A DNA stretch of 64,000 nucleotides from Pontiella sp. Its GTDB lineage: Bacteria; Verrucomicrobiota; Kiritimatiellia; Kiritimatiellales; Pontiellaceae. Position numbers and translations under genes: made by a program. Location: assembly GCA_050290185.1 (NCBI GenBank), contig JBNKHE010000006.1, forward strand, positions 1 to 64,000, written 5' to 3'. Under the pieces are notes generated by a model. That model searched no databases and had not been told where the DNA came from. It worked only from the letters and a program-made list of their open reading frames with translations. This document shows positions 63,300 to 64,000 of the stretch, piece after piece (positions within the stretch are counted from its first letter, which is position 1; each line of letters starts with the position of its first letter).

Positions 63300-64000
63300 A
63301 TGTCGGGAGGGAAGGCCCATCTAAATGCCGCATTTGACGGCTTCCAGAAGCGCTCAGGACTCGTTGTTCCATTTAGCTGGCAAAAAATCGAACTGGCCAT
63401 CGACCGCGCGGTCGATGACGTCGCCCGCAAGCATCAGCTCGCCAAAAATGAAGGGTTGGCTTCCAAGGTGACCGATCAGGTACTCCAGCAGCTCAACACC
63501 CCGCAAAGCGAGTTCTACGTTCATCCCGACGATAACAAAAAACGCATCCCGAAAATCGAGGACGTTCAGGATCTGGTCGAAATCGTTCTGGCCGAACAGG
63601 GTGAAACCCTGGTCGTGGCCTCCTACAAGCGCTACCGCAAGCAACGCGAAATAGCCCGCCGCAATATCCGGGTCCGCGGGAACCGCACCAGGAGTAATGT
63701 CGACGTAACCGATGCCAGCCTGCTGCTGGTTGAATCCTCCTCCAACAACATCAACCTGCCCTGGGACCGCAAACGCATCGTCAAGCAGATCCTCGACAAG
63801 ACCGACCTCTCCGTTGAAGTCGCCATCAATGTGGCCAAGTCCGTTGAAAACCGCATTATCGCAAGCGACCTATCGGTCATTAACACCACGCTCATTCGTG
63901 AACTCGTTAACAACGAACTGATGGAACGCGGCTACTCCCAGCAGCTGCGCGATCTCTCACTGTATCGCGTTTCCAAGGACTATATCGAAAACCTGATGTT
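63300..64000 (+). CDS. nrdD: Ribonucleotide reductase large subunit with two N-terminal ATP-cone domains, probably anaerobic class III (truncated by the window end)
   Basis: Own translation: KRSGLVVPFSWQKIELAI...IEDVQDLVE...YKRYR (cone 1); WDRKRIVKQI...TTLIRELVNNELMERG (cone 2); not in the ORF track because it lacks a stop. Confidence 0.75.
   Translation, partial: MSGGKAHLNAAFDGFQKRSGLVVPFSWQKIELAIDRAVDDVARKHQLAKNEGLASKVTDQVLQQLNTPQSEFYVHPDDNKKRIPKIEDVQDLVEIVLAEQGETLVVASYKRYRKQREIARRNIRVRGNRTRSNVDVTDASLLLVESSSNNINLPWDRKRIVKQILDKTDLSVEVAINVAKSVENRIIASDLSVINTTLIRELVNNELMERGYSQQLRDLSLYRVSKDYIENLM

Overview
64-kb bacterial chromosomal segment, moderately GC-rich. Its gene repertoire suggests a PVC-superphylum sugar degrader, possibly Kiritimatiellota/Pontiella-like; this is inference and was not checked by search. 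1-23 kb is a carbohydrate-utilisation region with four parts: an AraC-regulated aldo/keto reductase-YphC-like dehydrogenase-FucP-FucU operon; a GH43 xylosidase with a divergent LacI regulator; an SSS-GH88-carbohydrate-binding-protein-secreted beta-helix operon; and a Bacteroides-style araB-araD-SSS-galM-araA operon with a divergent ROK regulator. 27.7-45.4 kb is the most unusual block. A complete, apparently H+-type F1Fo ATP synthase operon sits between (i) a MIF-like gene plus an APC transporter-PTS EIIA fusion and (ii) a tightly packed 7-gene operon. That operon encodes three ion/anion transporters (CPA antiporter-CBS, ArsB/NhaD-type, SulP), CBS proteins and three more EIIA-domain fusions (HTH-EIIA, EIIA-CBS, zinc ribbon-EIIA). 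The remainder is largely housekeeping: dnaE, a lipid A acyltransferase, serS, mutL with degenerate endonuclease motifs, an orphan solute-binding protein plus hybrid histidine kinase, an AEC transporter with a structured leader, and the start of a double-ATP-cone ribonucleotide reductase preceded by NrdR boxes. No tRNA, rRNA, CRISPR array or mobile element was recognised.
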